From Perkinsela sp. CCAP 1560/9 (lineage: Eukaryota > Protista > Euglenozoa: Kinetoplastea), in assembly GCA_965644495.1 (NCBI GenBank), contig CBFFSA010000005.1:558001-622000 (forward strand): a DNA stretch of 64,000 nucleotides, in the 5' to 3' direction. The notes beneath the pieces are model-generated. The model made no database searches. It worked only from the letters and a program-made list of their open reading frames with translations, and was not told the origin of the DNA. The position numbers were made by a program, and so were the translations under genes. Shown here piece after piece: positions 21,701-31,911 of this stretch. Positions within the stretch are counted from its first letter, which is position 1, and the number at the start of each line of letters is the position of its first letter.

Positions 21701-23385
21701 CAGAAATACAAAATTTCTTTCGTTTGAGCATTTTCTACGACATAACCGAACGACGTTGGTGTGTCGGAGAATTTAATTCTCAAAACTTGACATTTTCTTC
21801 TGTATTGATGTATAGTTCGCAAACAGGCGTACTTCATCCTGTAGAGGCATCCTCATGGGAGTTACGACACAAAACATACGTTCAAGATCTATCTATTCAG
21901 GCAAACGCGAACGCGGATTTGTTAACGCATGCTATTGTGCGTTGTTCACCACGTCTTATACCACGAACGCCAAGTTTCATGCTGGAGCCTTCGTGGCAGC
22001 AACCGCAACTGTATCTTTCAGACTCTATTTTCGAATCAAATACATGCGAATATGATAATCTCATCTCGCTACCGAACACTTCAATAGTCTCTGAAAGAAG
22101 TCAGTTACAGCATCCGCCATGTTACCTTTTTGGAGGTCTTGGGATTATACAGCAAATACCTCCTCAAGGGTTTAGATACACAAACGAACTTCACAACCTT
22201 TTCTTTTTGCGTAACCTTGCTGTACCGCGTCCGTTAAGGCGGAGTAAAACCTTTGTACCTCACAATACAAACCAGATAACGCAACTTTCTCACAACAAAC
22301 ACGACACTGAAAACCAGGAAAGGCACTCTGACACCGACATCTCTCTTCCCATGCCACAACACGTTGGGGGGCTTCTCCTACACGTGCAGCACTGTCCGCA
22401 TGCCGTACTCTATCTCCACGCGAGCCACATGCGGTTCGAGGCCAATCGTGGTGAATCCGGGGGCATGTTACTCAACAACGTCCATGGACACTTACATGAC
22501 TTCTCGCTTCTCCGTAACGAGGGCACGCGTTGTGGCGGGGGCATGGCCTACTCCAGCATGGCAAGTGCCTCGTTGTCGCTCGCGGGAGCCCATGTGGATG
22601 GAAACACTGCCTTGCGCCATGGGGGGGCACTGTACACACCCGATCATCACACGCTTCTAGGGGTAGACAGCGGGATATTCAATGATAACATGTCGCCACA
22701 GCCGGGTACTGTGGTGTACAGCCAAGGGGTTGTCACCTTTATGGGCAACGCAAGGGTACGAGGACACGACACAATGGTCGTCACTCCATGGTTGATTGTT
22801 TCTGAGGAGGTAAGCGTCGAATGCGCAAACGATGGGGTCGCTTCTTTTATGGAAGAAGATGTACGCTGTCCGGTAAAGGACGCCCAGGATGTGGAGGACA
22901 CGGTAGATGGGACATCGGTGTGTTTTTCAAGACGTGACGCCGATATTCAATACAAAAATGAGGTTCAATATCGTAGCACGCCTCGTCGCTTGCAAAGCGG
23001 CTTAAACTTTTCTCTTGAACACGAGTTGTTAGGCCAAAAAGAGTATGACGTACGATATTCTGAAGATAATAGCTCTAGGGAGGTTCCCTTACAGGGATCG
23101 TGGACATTCTTATCTTTTGAATTTTTTTCTTCTTTTTTTTCTAATTTAAGTAGCTTAGAAAATCGAAGGACCCCTGATGAGGTGTGGTTAGCAAAACGTA
23201 AAGAAAAGCAGACTGTAAAAACGGCATGGACACTTTCTTTCGTCCAATTCCTTTTTTCATTGTGTGATCCACATCCTCACAATGTTGCCCGCATTCTTCT
23301 TTCTGGTATGCTCATGGTGTATGTTTCGCGCCAGCTGCACCCAACTACGAGGCACGGCCGATTAAATTCTTGCCTTTCTAGTTAG
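18772..23385 (+). CDS. Large putative secreted/surface protein: pectin-lyase-like beta-helix segments with inserted repeated modules
   Basis: Hydrophobic N-terminus, CRSLSYVL..GSTIILHPGTY, GG(A/G)(I/L) and FxxN motifs at both ends; four NGxY..FC..WIV modules in between. Confidence 0.65.
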   Translation: MFCLNRSRSLCPLILFHVILCFSLIPWRRVGHTGGRLRQSFGISVTFSSVSSFLDSQQKMSFATCSDSSNSRSAPSHFFSGNTPSTCPNLWPAIDPFALGTFHVDPVLGADVPMCGTHVKFNNNTSGSRQPTSCRSLSYVLDFVPSGSTIILHPGTYDCPLHGHHITKPLRFIGTSSKEVRFECAQKGRAFLFDNVYVSLSNLSIAEGRAQYAGGILVRMESDFDIRCSHVLSDLFFTHCSAYATEEVTDDNNAVSDMIRAAGALLIQYRFRSYRTSKLENVNFVGNVVLGKIQQNNDDVTSQYSSGGMGIVQLDEREKISTEKLPHRASLGSPLKLGNTQCRSLEVRGFSPNLKNINGYYLLSATQTEELNIGAQLNSGTCSLNRTFLRYSQVPTPVGYVDGFSGHQFFYCVSTGRWVFAPERVLFQNAFQDLPHCGGVVVSAPTGSSEEDLLSVSRWYLLEDEIPEMEVDPSYLQFPLTIFCADQADVSSLHLTSLPTRLRSYAGMYLHHPNLTVAGRSVFYRDLESQRDYIYFCLGSGEWIVTSEDPISNAQYPADVSQKGITQVRSYAIPEVFVQDRANQEVTSESEGLYEPFPHTALEELLDKRNPSRPRVCGKAISGSTTLSAHPLTCNLSNWRYLDTESWKEEKLPQMGLHHYEVESACKALQVSIYGLSISQRTFGEYPLLSCEGVYVRRKNQWNGYPVYYKSHATTTHSSGVQHDKGAEFYLYFCYGSQEWIVSPTNPWNSQLTMSDKTCEKIIRSLPCRMPDPTQWHGMWSYWDSSQRKWKKGDQMISISCIDGCSEISLEDLQFLSDRSANDFLSRNTTQPIPFGLYTKAPAPFYDAHARFYQQEESFRIRHSVLSQLHIDHTSLENANLLFFSHFPATCKQTQAASRETKSGVLLSTDTLSLLSQNNSTDVNAMYSNVILRATGKISCSSVEIRNLPQNSSHVNGVYVDHGTVFARRKVFVLDEAEIQNFFRLSIFYDITERRWCVGEFNSQNLTFSSVLMYSSQTGVLHPVEASSWELRHKTYVQDLSIQANANADLLTHAIVRCSPRLIPRTPSFMLEPSWQQPQLYLSDSIFESNTCEYDNLISLPNTSIVSERSQLQHPPCYLFGGLGIIQQIPPQGFRYTNELHNLFFLRNLAVPRPLRRSKTFVPHNTNQITQLSHNKHDTENQERHSDTDISLPMPQHVGGLLLHVQHCPHAVLYLHASHMRFEANRGESGGMLLNNVHGHLHDFSLLRNEGTRCGGGMAYSSMASASLSLAGAHVDGNTALRHGGALYTPDHHTLLGVDSGIFNDNMSPQPGTVVYSQGVVTFMGNARVRGHDTMVVTPWLIVSEEVSVECANDGVASFMEEDVRCPVKDAQDVEDTVDGTSVCFSRRDADIQYKNEVQYRSTPRRLQSGLNFSLEHELLGQKEYDVRYSEDNSSREVPLQGSWTFLSFEFFSSFFSNLSSLENRRTPDEVWLAKRKEKQTVKTAWTLSFVQFLFSLCDPHPHNVARILLSGMLMVYVSRQLHPTTRHGRLNSCLSS
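22260..22920. other. Skew-switch island 5 (weaker)
   Basis: C/A-rich 22260-22420, then G-rich 22530-22920. Confidence 0.55.
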
Positions 23386-23732
23386 TCATAAACTTGGAAG
23401 AACATAAACGCCATTTGATCTTGGTCATATTGTACTGCGTGTTTTTGTTTAAGGGTGTTACTCATTCACCCGAATAATTCTCTTAAATGACTGGGTCCTG
23501 AGTGCCACACAAAATGACGTTTCGTCACTATTAAACTGTTCTTTCAATCTTTTTGTTTTACAGATTCAATTCCGAATAATCGTACCCTGGTGATCCACCT
23601 TGTTACTTATTTGATCTTCGGTTCCCTTTCTTTATTGTTCTAAGCGCAAAACTTCTATGGAAGGCGACGTACAATTTTTTGAATATCCTAAAATGTACAA
23701 TTTGGTGAAAATCCTTCTCGTTTTTCTTTACA

Positions 23733-24302
23733 ATGGAGAACTCGACAACTACAAGACTCGGCAAGATACGCGGCATTCAAATGCCGCCAGAGCGCAGTTT
23801 ATATTTATTCCTTCAAAAAGTGGAAAATCCTCTTCCTTCTTGGCACAGTGATACCCCTATACGTCAGTGGGCTGGAGTTGATTGCACTGAGGATGGTCAA
23901 GTGTTGTCTCTTCAATGGAATGCACATGATCTTCGTGGCAGCTTTCAATGGGAACATATACCTGCGTCAGTCATACGGATTTACCTATGTAGAAATGAAA
24001 TCTCCGGAGAAGTCGTATTTCGTTATTTGCCCCGATCTCTCCAGGAGTTGTGGCTAATAAGGAACAAATTAACGGGTCGTGTTGTTGTTGAGGATTTTCC
24101 AGAAAGTCTTTTATCCGTCAGCCTTGCGCATAATAATTTTTCTGGTGAGATGAATTTTTTGTCCCTTCCTCCTCATTTGTGCTACATTGATGTTTCTTTT
24201 AACTACGAACTTATGGGAGATCTTTTCTTGTCCACCCTGCCTTGCTCGGTGGACTCATGGTGCACTAAAGACACTCAAATTGTAGTGCATCCTAAGAAAT
24301 AG
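23733..24302 (+). CDS. Small LRR protein (leader apparently in another frame from ATG 23693)
   Basis: QWAGVDC..GQV..LQW..LRGSFQWEHIP cap and LRRs. Confidence 0.85.
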   Translation: MENSTTTRLGKIRGIQMPPERSLYLFLQKVENPLPSWHSDTPIRQWAGVDCTEDGQVLSLQWNAHDLRGSFQWEHIPASVIRIYLCRNEISGEVVFRYLPRSLQELWLIRNKLTGRVVVEDFPESLLSVSLAHNNFSGEMNFLSLPPHLCYIDVSFNYELMGDLFLSTLPCSVDSWCTKDTQIVVHPKK

Positions 24303-24741
24303 CGTAGTGCAGTACGATTTATTTTTTCAGCATCATTTCTCTACAACTATTTCAACACTTGCCTATACGTTTCATCTTCATCCTATACCAGGACAAAACG
24401 GCTCTTTTGGAAAGACCTTATTACTTTGTCGATTTCCATTTCTTTCATTAGAACGATGTATGGATTCGTACATGATGAGTTCGTCGGCCATCATTACAAT
24501 AGCATCTACTCGTGTTTTCCCCTATAAACTATTTAGTAACGTCAATATTGTTGTAAATCAACACTACTGTACTGCATATTACACTGTACATCAACACTGC
24601 ATACAACTACAAAATGTTTGTCTCTCCCCGCACCCAATTCCCGATCTCATGTTTCTTTCTCCTTCTGCACTGTATGATTTCTTATATCTAAATGTCTATG
24701 ATTTTTTTTCTTTTAATTAATATCTTATCAATGGTAAAATC

Positions 24742-26490
24742 ATGCTGAATTTTCCCGACTCATGGAAACAGTTGTGGAGCGCATACTCCAAATTACGACC
24801 ATATGTATATCTCCACCGTGGTGCTGCGCTCCTGTCTTTGTTTTGCATAACCGTTGGAGCTGTCATTAACATTTCGTTACCTCTTCTCTTGCGTGATCTT
24901 TCGGAGCGTGAGTCAATAGATCCAACAGCACACGTAGGAACAATGTGTTTTTTATTTCTTATCTATCACACTGTTTCCTGCTTCGGCCACTATACTTCGG
25001 CTGTGGGGGCGCGCCGACTTGAGAGCCATCTTTGCGAAGCATCGTTGAAAACGCTAAACGACCGCTCATTTAAAGATGTTATTGAGGTGTCTCCCGAAAT
25101 TTTTGCATCTAACATCACTCAAGGAGCCCAACATGTCCGGGAGTGCTTTACTGGCTTCCTTACTGACTTCTATCAGAGTGTTGTGTTTCTTGTCGCCTTC
25201 ACATTGGGTTTACTTTCTATCTCTCCTCAATTATCTTTTCTTCTTGTTGTCTTCGCGGTGCTGAACCGATGGGCATCTGGTTTTTTCGGCACTGACTTTT
25301 CAGTCAAAAGTCGGAATGTACAACGCATGCAGGCCATAATAAATAAGAAGCTTGCCCACGCAGTTTCCAAGCAATCAACCATTCGACTTTTTTCATTGCA
25401 ATGTTCCGTAGACACGCAGTTAAAATCATGTCTAACTATGCTTCGGCATTCTGCTGCGGAGATGGATTGGAAACTACACAGCAGTAGCGCTGCAAATTTT
25501 GGTTTTAACAATATTCTGTATGTCTTGCTTGTAGCCGCCGGTCGCCACTATAAAGACTTAGGAGTACTAACCACGGGAGATATTTTGCTATTTTTCTTTT
25601 ACGCCAAACGATGGTTGGATCACGCAGGCGACTTGTCCCGAGAAATAAACAAAGTCAGGATTGCAATGGGTTCCACAGAAGGATTGCTTCAATACCTTGA
25701 CGAGCATACCTTGGATTCGTCATTATCGATCGTAGGGAAACGTATGGCTGATACGACGGAGAAATCAGATCACATAACGGAGGAACGGATAGTTTCTGAA
25801 CTTCCGTACCTTACCCTTCAAGGAGTTACTTACATGTACGGTCCACGTGACGTCTCCATGACATTTTATCCTGGTAAACTTTATGGCATCGTGGGTTATA
25901 GTGGACAAGGGAAAACTACACTTGCGCGATTGATGACGTCGCTCCTTTTACCAACGGCTGGCACCGTTTCGCGCCGTGTAGATATAGCTCTATGTGAACA
26001 AGATGCCGGACTCCTGGATGGTACTCTATGGGAAAATATTGCATATGGTTCTTCCCCTTCAGTCTCCGAAAAGAGAATCCTTCAAGCTGCATCCAGAGCT
26101 GCATTAGACGACGTAATAGAGGCGCTACCACAAGGACTTCACACGTCGTTTCAATGTGAAGGCGAAACTCCATTAAGTGGCGGACAAATTCAAAGATTTG
26201 CTCTTGCTCGCACTTTTTTGTCGGATGCACCAATTATTGTACTAGATGAACCAACTAAGGGTCTTGATGCGGCCGCCGCTGCTATTATTTTTGACTCTGT
26301 GGACTCTTTTGTCCAAGAAGGACGCACAGTAATAATCATTACCCATCAGTTGCAGTTTCTCCGATCCGCAGATTACATTTACGTTCTTTCACGAGGCATT
26401 ATAGAGTCGGAGGGTTCCCCTTCTAAACTATTGTCGAGCAGTCTTGCATATCAGCGACTATCGTCGGATACAGTAAATGACGACGTTTAA
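24742..26490 (+). CDS. ABC half-transporter, ABCB-like (TMD + NBD)
   Basis: Several TM segments; Walker A GYSGQGKTT, Q-loop, LSGGQ signature, Walker B IIVLDEPT, H-loop IITH. Confidence 0.92.
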   Translation: MLNFPDSWKQLWSAYSKLRPYVYLHRGAALLSLFCITVGAVINISLPLLLRDLSERESIDPTAHVGTMCFLFLIYHTVSCFGHYTSAVGARRLESHLCEASLKTLNDRSFKDVIEVSPEIFASNITQGAQHVRECFTGFLTDFYQSVVFLVAFTLGLLSISPQLSFLLVVFAVLNRWASGFFGTDFSVKSRNVQRMQAIINKKLAHAVSKQSTIRLFSLQCSVDTQLKSCLTMLRHSAAEMDWKLHSSSAANFGFNNILYVLLVAAGRHYKDLGVLTTGDILLFFFYAKRWLDHAGDLSREINKVRIAMGSTEGLLQYLDEHTLDSSLSIVGKRMADTTEKSDHITEERIVSELPYLTLQGVTYMYGPRDVSMTFYPGKLYGIVGYSGQGKTTLARLMTSLLLPTAGTVSRRVDIALCEQDAGLLDGTLWENIAYGSSPSVSEKRILQAASRAALDDVIEALPQGLHTSFQCEGETPLSGGQIQRFALARTFLSDAPIIVLDEPTKGLDAAAAAIIFDSVDSFVQEGRTVIIITHQLQFLRSADYIYVLSRGIIESEGSPSKLLSSSLAYQRLSSDTVNDDV

Positions 26491-26723
26491 AAGATAAACA
26501 CAAAGTTTACCTCTATAGACTCTTTAGAAGTATGAAGATCATAAACTTTGTGACAACAGAGGAAGTTGCATCACCTGATAGTAAATGACTTTGGGGGTCT
26601 TAATTGTTTTTGAAGTACATTGTTTTTTCCCGTGGCATATTTGTAGTATCTATATTGAGTAATATCACAGCATATCAGTTCACTATAGCTAGTTCTGTAT
26701 ATCTTCTGAATCTGTATTTCACT

Positions 26724-27338
26724 ATGATGAGTTTACGTGCATTGGTTCACACTGCCGACTCTAGCGTTTCTGCGCCTCGTCCCTCTAAGGTAAGAAACGC
26801 AGAAATGCCACAGCAATATGACCTGGAGCGTCTTATTAGTAATGTGACGAATCAGCATGTTTCATGGAAAGTTGAAAATTCACTTTCTTTGTGGCGTGGG
26901 GTAAGTTGTAATGATTTGAATAGAGTTGAGAAGCTTGTATGGAAATCAATTAATCTCTCAGGAACTTTGCTTTGGGAACATATGCCTAAATCGACGTTGG
27001 CGTTGGATTTTCAAGAAAATAGTTTGAGCGGTAAGATTCATTTTGACCTGTTACCTCCCAAGCTTGAATCAATGATCCTATCTCGTAACAGGTTCACTGG
27101 ACCCATAGATCTCAGAAGTTCTCCTGATACTCTCATGGCATTGTTTGCCTCGGTAAATTTATTAAGTGGGGAACTTTTTCTCGGTGACTTGAACCCGAAG
27201 TTTACGTATTTATATTTGATGGACAATCACGAGCTTGAAGGAACGATTTACATGTCTCAACTACCGTTCAAACTTCAGAAAACGGGTCACATACCCGGTG
27301 TTGATGTGTCAAATACGAAAATTAAAGTAATGCCGTGA
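26724..27338 (+). CDS. Small LRR protein
   Basis: LWRGVSC..RV..LVW..LSGTLLWEHMP cap; LRRs; first ATG 26724. Confidence 0.88.
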   Translation: MMSLRALVHTADSSVSAPRPSKVRNAEMPQQYDLERLISNVTNQHVSWKVENSLSLWRGVSCNDLNRVEKLVWKSINLSGTLLWEHMPKSTLALDFQENSLSGKIHFDLLPPKLESMILSRNRFTGPIDLRSSPDTLMALFASVNLLSGELFLGDLNPKFTYLYLMDNHELEGTIYMSQLPFKLQKTGHIPGVDVSNTKIKVMP

Positions 27339-27481
27339 ATGACCCACTCAAAGGATTGTACGTATATAATGTACGTGTAAGGAATGTACGTATACATTTC
27401 TTATGATTATAAATTTAGTTTATAGGATTTCTCGGAAATTTGGTCCATTAGCAAAATATTTTTACGATTTTTTTTTCAATA

Positions 27482-27817
27482 CTCCCCCTGTCATTAATAA
27501 TGATAATCTTGAAAAAATAATTATTCTATGTGGTGAAGACTCTTAAAAAATTATCAACTTATTTTCATGCACGCAGGATTTTCTTAGAAAAAAAATTCTG
27601 CCTTAAAAAAAAACGTTTTTTGAACAAAAAATTTACTGGTAAGGTTTCAAAAACGACCCAAATTCGGGTTAAAATTTCGCATTTTTGGCCTGAAAACCAT
27701 TTTTTTTGTCGAAAACGATGTACTCCCCCTGCCATTAATAATGATAATGATAATAATAATCTCAAACAAATTATCATTCTTGAGGATTATCATTATCATT
27801 ATTAATGACAGGGGGAG
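27482..27817. mobile_element. Stowaway-like MITE (Tc1/mariner class), 336 bp
   Basis: TA|CTCCCCCTGTCATTAATAATGATAAT ... ATTATCATTATTAATGACAGGGGGAG|TA; inner direct copy of the left TIR at 27721. Confidence 0.85.
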
Positions 27818-28090
27818 TATGCTCCATGCCACCGTCGAAGCGCTAATGAAGAATGATACTAATTAGGTGAACAAATGGGTTTTCAAAAAACAGTTAATTT
27901 TTCCCTTGAGACATGCGCATCCCAAGTTAATTAGTGATTTTCTACATCACGATGGTTTTCGGAGATTTTTGAAAGTCATGAATGAAAAAAGTCCTCCGTG
28001 TTGTATTGGGAAATGTAATTCTTTGGTTTCTTTCTTTAGTTTCTTAAACTCCTTGGAGTAGTAAATTTCTTTTACCTTTGTATTTATTCT

Positions 28091-28888
28091 ATGTTGATGC
28101 TTCTTACGTTTTTGTTCAAAGGAACTCTGTTGATGGTTTCTTCGGGACATAATTATTCTTTATTTTTTCTTTGGTCCGCGGACGACTCCGACCGCTCTGA
28201 AAGGAGAGGGCGTGTAAGTCAAGCAAACCTTCCACTTGAAGTTGAGCTAGAAATGTTTCTTCGGAACATCGATGGCAAGAGCCCATCATGGAAAGCGGAT
28301 ATTCCGATTGCATACTGGGATAATGTTTTTCATGATGACGATGGTTCCCTTTATCTTGATTTTGAAAATAAAGAGTTACAGGGCACTATCGATCTGCGCT
28401 ATCTCCCGAAACGTGTTGCGGTGCTGCGCATGTTTCAAAACTTGCTGAATGGTACTCTTGCACTGTCTTTGCTTCATGATGACCTACAATCTCTCCATCT
28501 CTCAGCTAATGAATTCTCAGGTGCCGTAGATCTGTCACAACTTCCTGCATACATGCACACAATGGAATTGAATAAAAATTTGCTTGTCGGAAAAATTGAT
28601 CTTAGTTCACTTCCTGCCTCATTAAAAACGTTGAACCTCTCATCAAATGCACTTTCCGGGGAACTAGACCTCACCTTGCTACATCCTCCTCTTACTTATC
28701 TAGATTTGGCAAGAAACGAATTTTCCGGATTTCCTAATATGAAGAAACTTCCACTCAGCCTTTGGCTTTTGGACTTGTCGCACAATTTGATAGAGGTCGA
28801 GAAAAATGAGAGAAGCCAAATTCCTTCTTGCGTTCGAATCCTGGAACACGGTGTCATGGAAAAGCGAAGAGGGTATTCCCAACGATAA
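28091..28888 (+). CDS. Small LRR protein
   Basis: Hydrophobic leader, SADD..RRGRV..LPLE, regular LxLxxNxLxGxxDLxxLP repeats. Confidence 0.9.
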   Translation: MLMLLTFLFKGTLLMVSSGHNYSLFFLWSADDSDRSERRGRVSQANLPLEVELEMFLRNIDGKSPSWKADIPIAYWDNVFHDDDGSLYLDFENKELQGTIDLRYLPKRVAVLRMFQNLLNGTLALSLLHDDLQSLHLSANEFSGAVDLSQLPAYMHTMELNKNLLVGKIDLSSLPASLKTLNLSSNALSGELDLTLLHPPLTYLDLARNEFSGFPNMKKLPLSLWLLDLSHNLIEVEKNERSQIPSCVRILEHGVMEKRRGYSQR

Positions 28889-29535
28889 GCCGACTGAAAT
28901 TTCTATATTTCAATTACGAATCATAATGTACCCCCCCTGTTTATAATACAATACACATGTAGGCTTGACCCCCTCTCTATAGGGTCTTTTTTTGTAGTAA
29001 CTGAGGCTAACTTTTTTTGTAACTGAGGCTCCTCCATTATCACCTTCCCTTATACTGTAGGTTCACTTGGAAAAAGGCGAGGCTATTATACCGTATTACA
29101 CTAAGAAAATAAAATTTGCAAGACTATAATTTTAATGAATGGTTTATGGGTTTTCATGTACATTCATTTTTTTTGCATTGTGTATAGGACGAAAACGTCT
29201 CGATTCAATTTTCACAGATTTTTATAGATTCATTTCCAATTTTTTTTACCCTATTTATGATGTCTACAATATGTTACATACTTATGTTACATATTTATCT
29301 ATGTCTACAATAATATGTTATATTATTGTGCCTATAGCTGCCTATAGCTTATTGTGCCGGGGGGGGGGGGGGGGGTCACAATAACCCGGAAAGCGGCTGA
29401 TCCCGGAATATTACATTTCTTTTTTTTTTCATTTTCGAAAATTTCTTTTTCGTAGAGAATTAAATGTACTCTACTGGTTGCTCTCATCACCCTTTCTGAT
29501 ATCGGTACCTCTTCATCCTTGCATTTTCATCAAAC

Positions 29536-30366
29536 ATGTTTCAACCGAATTTATCCCACCTTAAGCCACATATATTTCGAGATGTTTACGAACCTGATAG
29601 CGATTCATTCTGTTTGATGGATGCGTTGGAGTCAGACGTTTTTTTTCTTGAAAATCTTTGTCCTCGTATGGTGCTTGATGTCGGTTCAGGATCCGGCATT
29701 CTGTCTGCCCATCTTTTGCAAATACTTAATCATCAAAGTAAGAAAAATACAATAAGAACGCCTAATGTGTTTCATGTTCTTTGTGCCGATATCAATATGG
29801 ATGCCGCACGAGCCACGCAACAAACGCTTTCTCACGTCATAACGCAGATCTCTTCTGAACTCCGTACGACAGCATCGTTAGATAACACACCTGTCAAAAA
29901 TCTTTCTTGTACGAGCAATTCAGTACTTGGAACAAATCCTCTTACACTGTCAAAGGACGGTTTCAATTCAACGCGAGGTCCTAAAGATTTCTCGTGTTCT
30001 ATTGTCCGATCTGATTTGACCACATCGGCGTTACAACGGTGGGCATCGCTGTTTCATGTGATCCTATGGAATCCTCCGTACGTTCCCACTACGCTTGACG
30101 AGGTCGCAGGGTACGGAATCGATCGCGCCTGTGCGGGGGGTCCTGGAGGTGTGCATCAACTTTTTAAAATGGCACCCTACGTGATATCACTCCTACATCC
30201 ACACGGCGTAATGTATTTGTTACTTGTAGAAGCGAACGATCCTGAGAACGTTCGGATCAAATTTTCCGCTTATGGATTATCAAGTTCCGTGGTTCTTAGT
30301 CGTTTCAGTGGTGAGCGCTACACTGTCCTGAAGTTCGTCTATCCATGCCGCAATGTTGACGAATGA
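29536..30366 (+). CDS. MTQ2: HemK2/N6AMT1/Mtq2 eRF1 glutamine methyltransferase
   Basis: VYEPDSDSF.L.DAL, LDVGSGSG, DIN..A, WNPPYVPT, ACAGG.GG. Confidence 0.92.
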   Translation: MFQPNLSHLKPHIFRDVYEPDSDSFCLMDALESDVFFLENLCPRMVLDVGSGSGILSAHLLQILNHQSKKNTIRTPNVFHVLCADINMDAARATQQTLSHVITQISSELRTTASLDNTPVKNLSCTSNSVLGTNPLTLSKDGFNSTRGPKDFSCSIVRSDLTTSALQRWASLFHVILWNPPYVPTTLDEVAGYGIDRACAGGPGGVHQLFKMAPYVISLLHPHGVMYLLLVEANDPENVRIKFSAYGLSSSVVLSRFSGERYTVLKFVYPCRNVDE

Positions 30367-30679
30367 GAACAGCTCGAGGACACTTAGAGCAACGATCTCA
30401 CGATTCCATACTTTTAGTTGGACTTCTCTCAAAAACAAGGATATTTTCTTTGTGAAACTGGGAAGTAGTTTTTAGCTCGAAGCCCACCGTAGTGTTGATT
30501 TCCATGTTGAAGACGATCGCGCTAAAAGAACCACCTAATTCTCGCTCCATCTATTTTCAGCATGTTTCTCACAGCAATCCGATGGCTTGATGCATTGTTA
30601 ATTTGCTTTCTAAAAACAAAACCTTTTAGTCATCCCAAACAACTAAAACTCTTCATTTTTAGCACTTTTTTCCATTTAC

Positions 30680-31340
30680 CCTTTCATCTCCCCTCCCCCC
30701 TTTCCCATGCATCACACCCACGACGGCACCCCGTTACCCACCAAAGAGGACCTTAGCACCCTACAACTCCTCCGCACCACCCTGGTTCGTCTCCTTACCC
30801 TCCCCGAGTCCGAACTCACCGAGCTCTGTGACGGTTGCTTCGTCCGTGTCCTTCTCGAGATCCGTCCCCCTTCCGCGCTGACCCACGATCCCACCCCCCC
30901 CGAGCCCTCCCCCCCTCCCCCCCAAACCAACGACTACCACCTCGCGGTGCTACGCGGTGTGCGTCGCGGCCCCCCGTACAGCGGGTTCACCTGGGACCAG
31001 CGCCTCACGGAGATCCACTTCCTGATTGAGCTCCCGGAGAGTGTGCACACGACGCCGCTGGGGAACCGCGTCCAGCTGAACTCCATCTCCAACAGCCCGA
31101 TCCGCGACACCGAGTACGACGCCTGGATGGGGCACATGGCCCAGAGCGGGAGTCTGGTGCTCACCCCCTCGCAGATCGCCATACGGGCGGGGCTGCTACG
31201 GGCGCAGCTGCGGAAGTGTGGTGTGGAGGGGAGAGCAGGGGGGAGGGAGGAGGGCGCGGGGTACCTCCAGGGAAGCCCTAGAGGGGGGGGAGTAGGGGTG
31301 GAGGGCTTGGAGGGGAGTACCGACATAGAGGGGTTACGGG
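30680..31340. other. Skew-switch island 6 (in Plus3-RING gene)
   Basis: C-rich 30680-30940, switch near 31100, G-rich 31190-31340. Confidence 0.85.
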
Positions 31341-31645
31341 AACATCTTATGCAGCAGTTTCGTGAGACACATGAGTTGCTGCCGACGCTACGGGAGCTTC
31401 CGGGTTTACATCCTGATGAGCTTCATTCGTTGCAAGCTAAGGTGTTATCGTTTTTAGAGCGCGTTCGAAACGCGCTTAAACAGAAAGCAAGGTGTCGTAT
31501 GTGTGAGAGTCAACCTTGTGAAGTCATTTGTTATCCTTGCAAACATCAAGTTTTGTGTAGAAAGTGTGCCGAAGCGGTGACGCAATGCCCGGTGCCTGAA
31601 TGTGGGGCGGTTATTCAGGATATCATACTTCCTTTTAGTATGTAG
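30707..31645 (+). CDS. Plus3 domain + C-terminal C3HC4 RING protein
   Basis: GCFVRV..YHLA.L.GV..Y..QLNSISNSP..TEYDAW (Plus3); CRMC..PCKHQVLCRKC..CPVPEC (RING). Confidence 0.8.
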   Translation: MHHTHDGTPLPTKEDLSTLQLLRTTLVRLLTLPESELTELCDGCFVRVLLEIRPPSALTHDPTPPEPSPPPPQTNDYHLAVLRGVRRGPPYSGFTWDQRLTEIHFLIELPESVHTTPLGNRVQLNSISNSPIRDTEYDAWMGHMAQSGSLVLTPSQIAIRAGLLRAQLRKCGVEGRAGGREEGAGYLQGSPRGGGVGVEGLEGSTDIEGLREHLMQQFRETHELLPTLRELPGLHPDELHSLQAKVLSFLERVRNALKQKARCRMCESQPCEVICYPCKHQVLCRKCAEAVTQCPVPECGAVIQDIILPFSM

Positions 31646-31911
31646 TTCGTAGCTATGGAGTAATGCAACGTTCTCTTGAAATATTCGCTTTGAAATTTCA
31701 CTGACTGTGTACATTTATTCTGGTATAGCAATCTCCTCTTGTACGAAAATGCGTTATGCATTTAAATAATATAGAATAAAGGGCACATCATAAAGCAATT
31801 TTTATCCTTTTCAAGGGTCCTAAGTTTTCCGTTCTAATTTTCTGTACGTACTTCTGAATACATGAAGTGTATTACAATGAGTATGCACGTCGGCGTTCAT
31901 GATACGGTTTT

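Noticed and set aside
24307-24720. 137-aa intergenic ORF
   Set aside because: GTG start, AT-rich UTR-like composition, no domain
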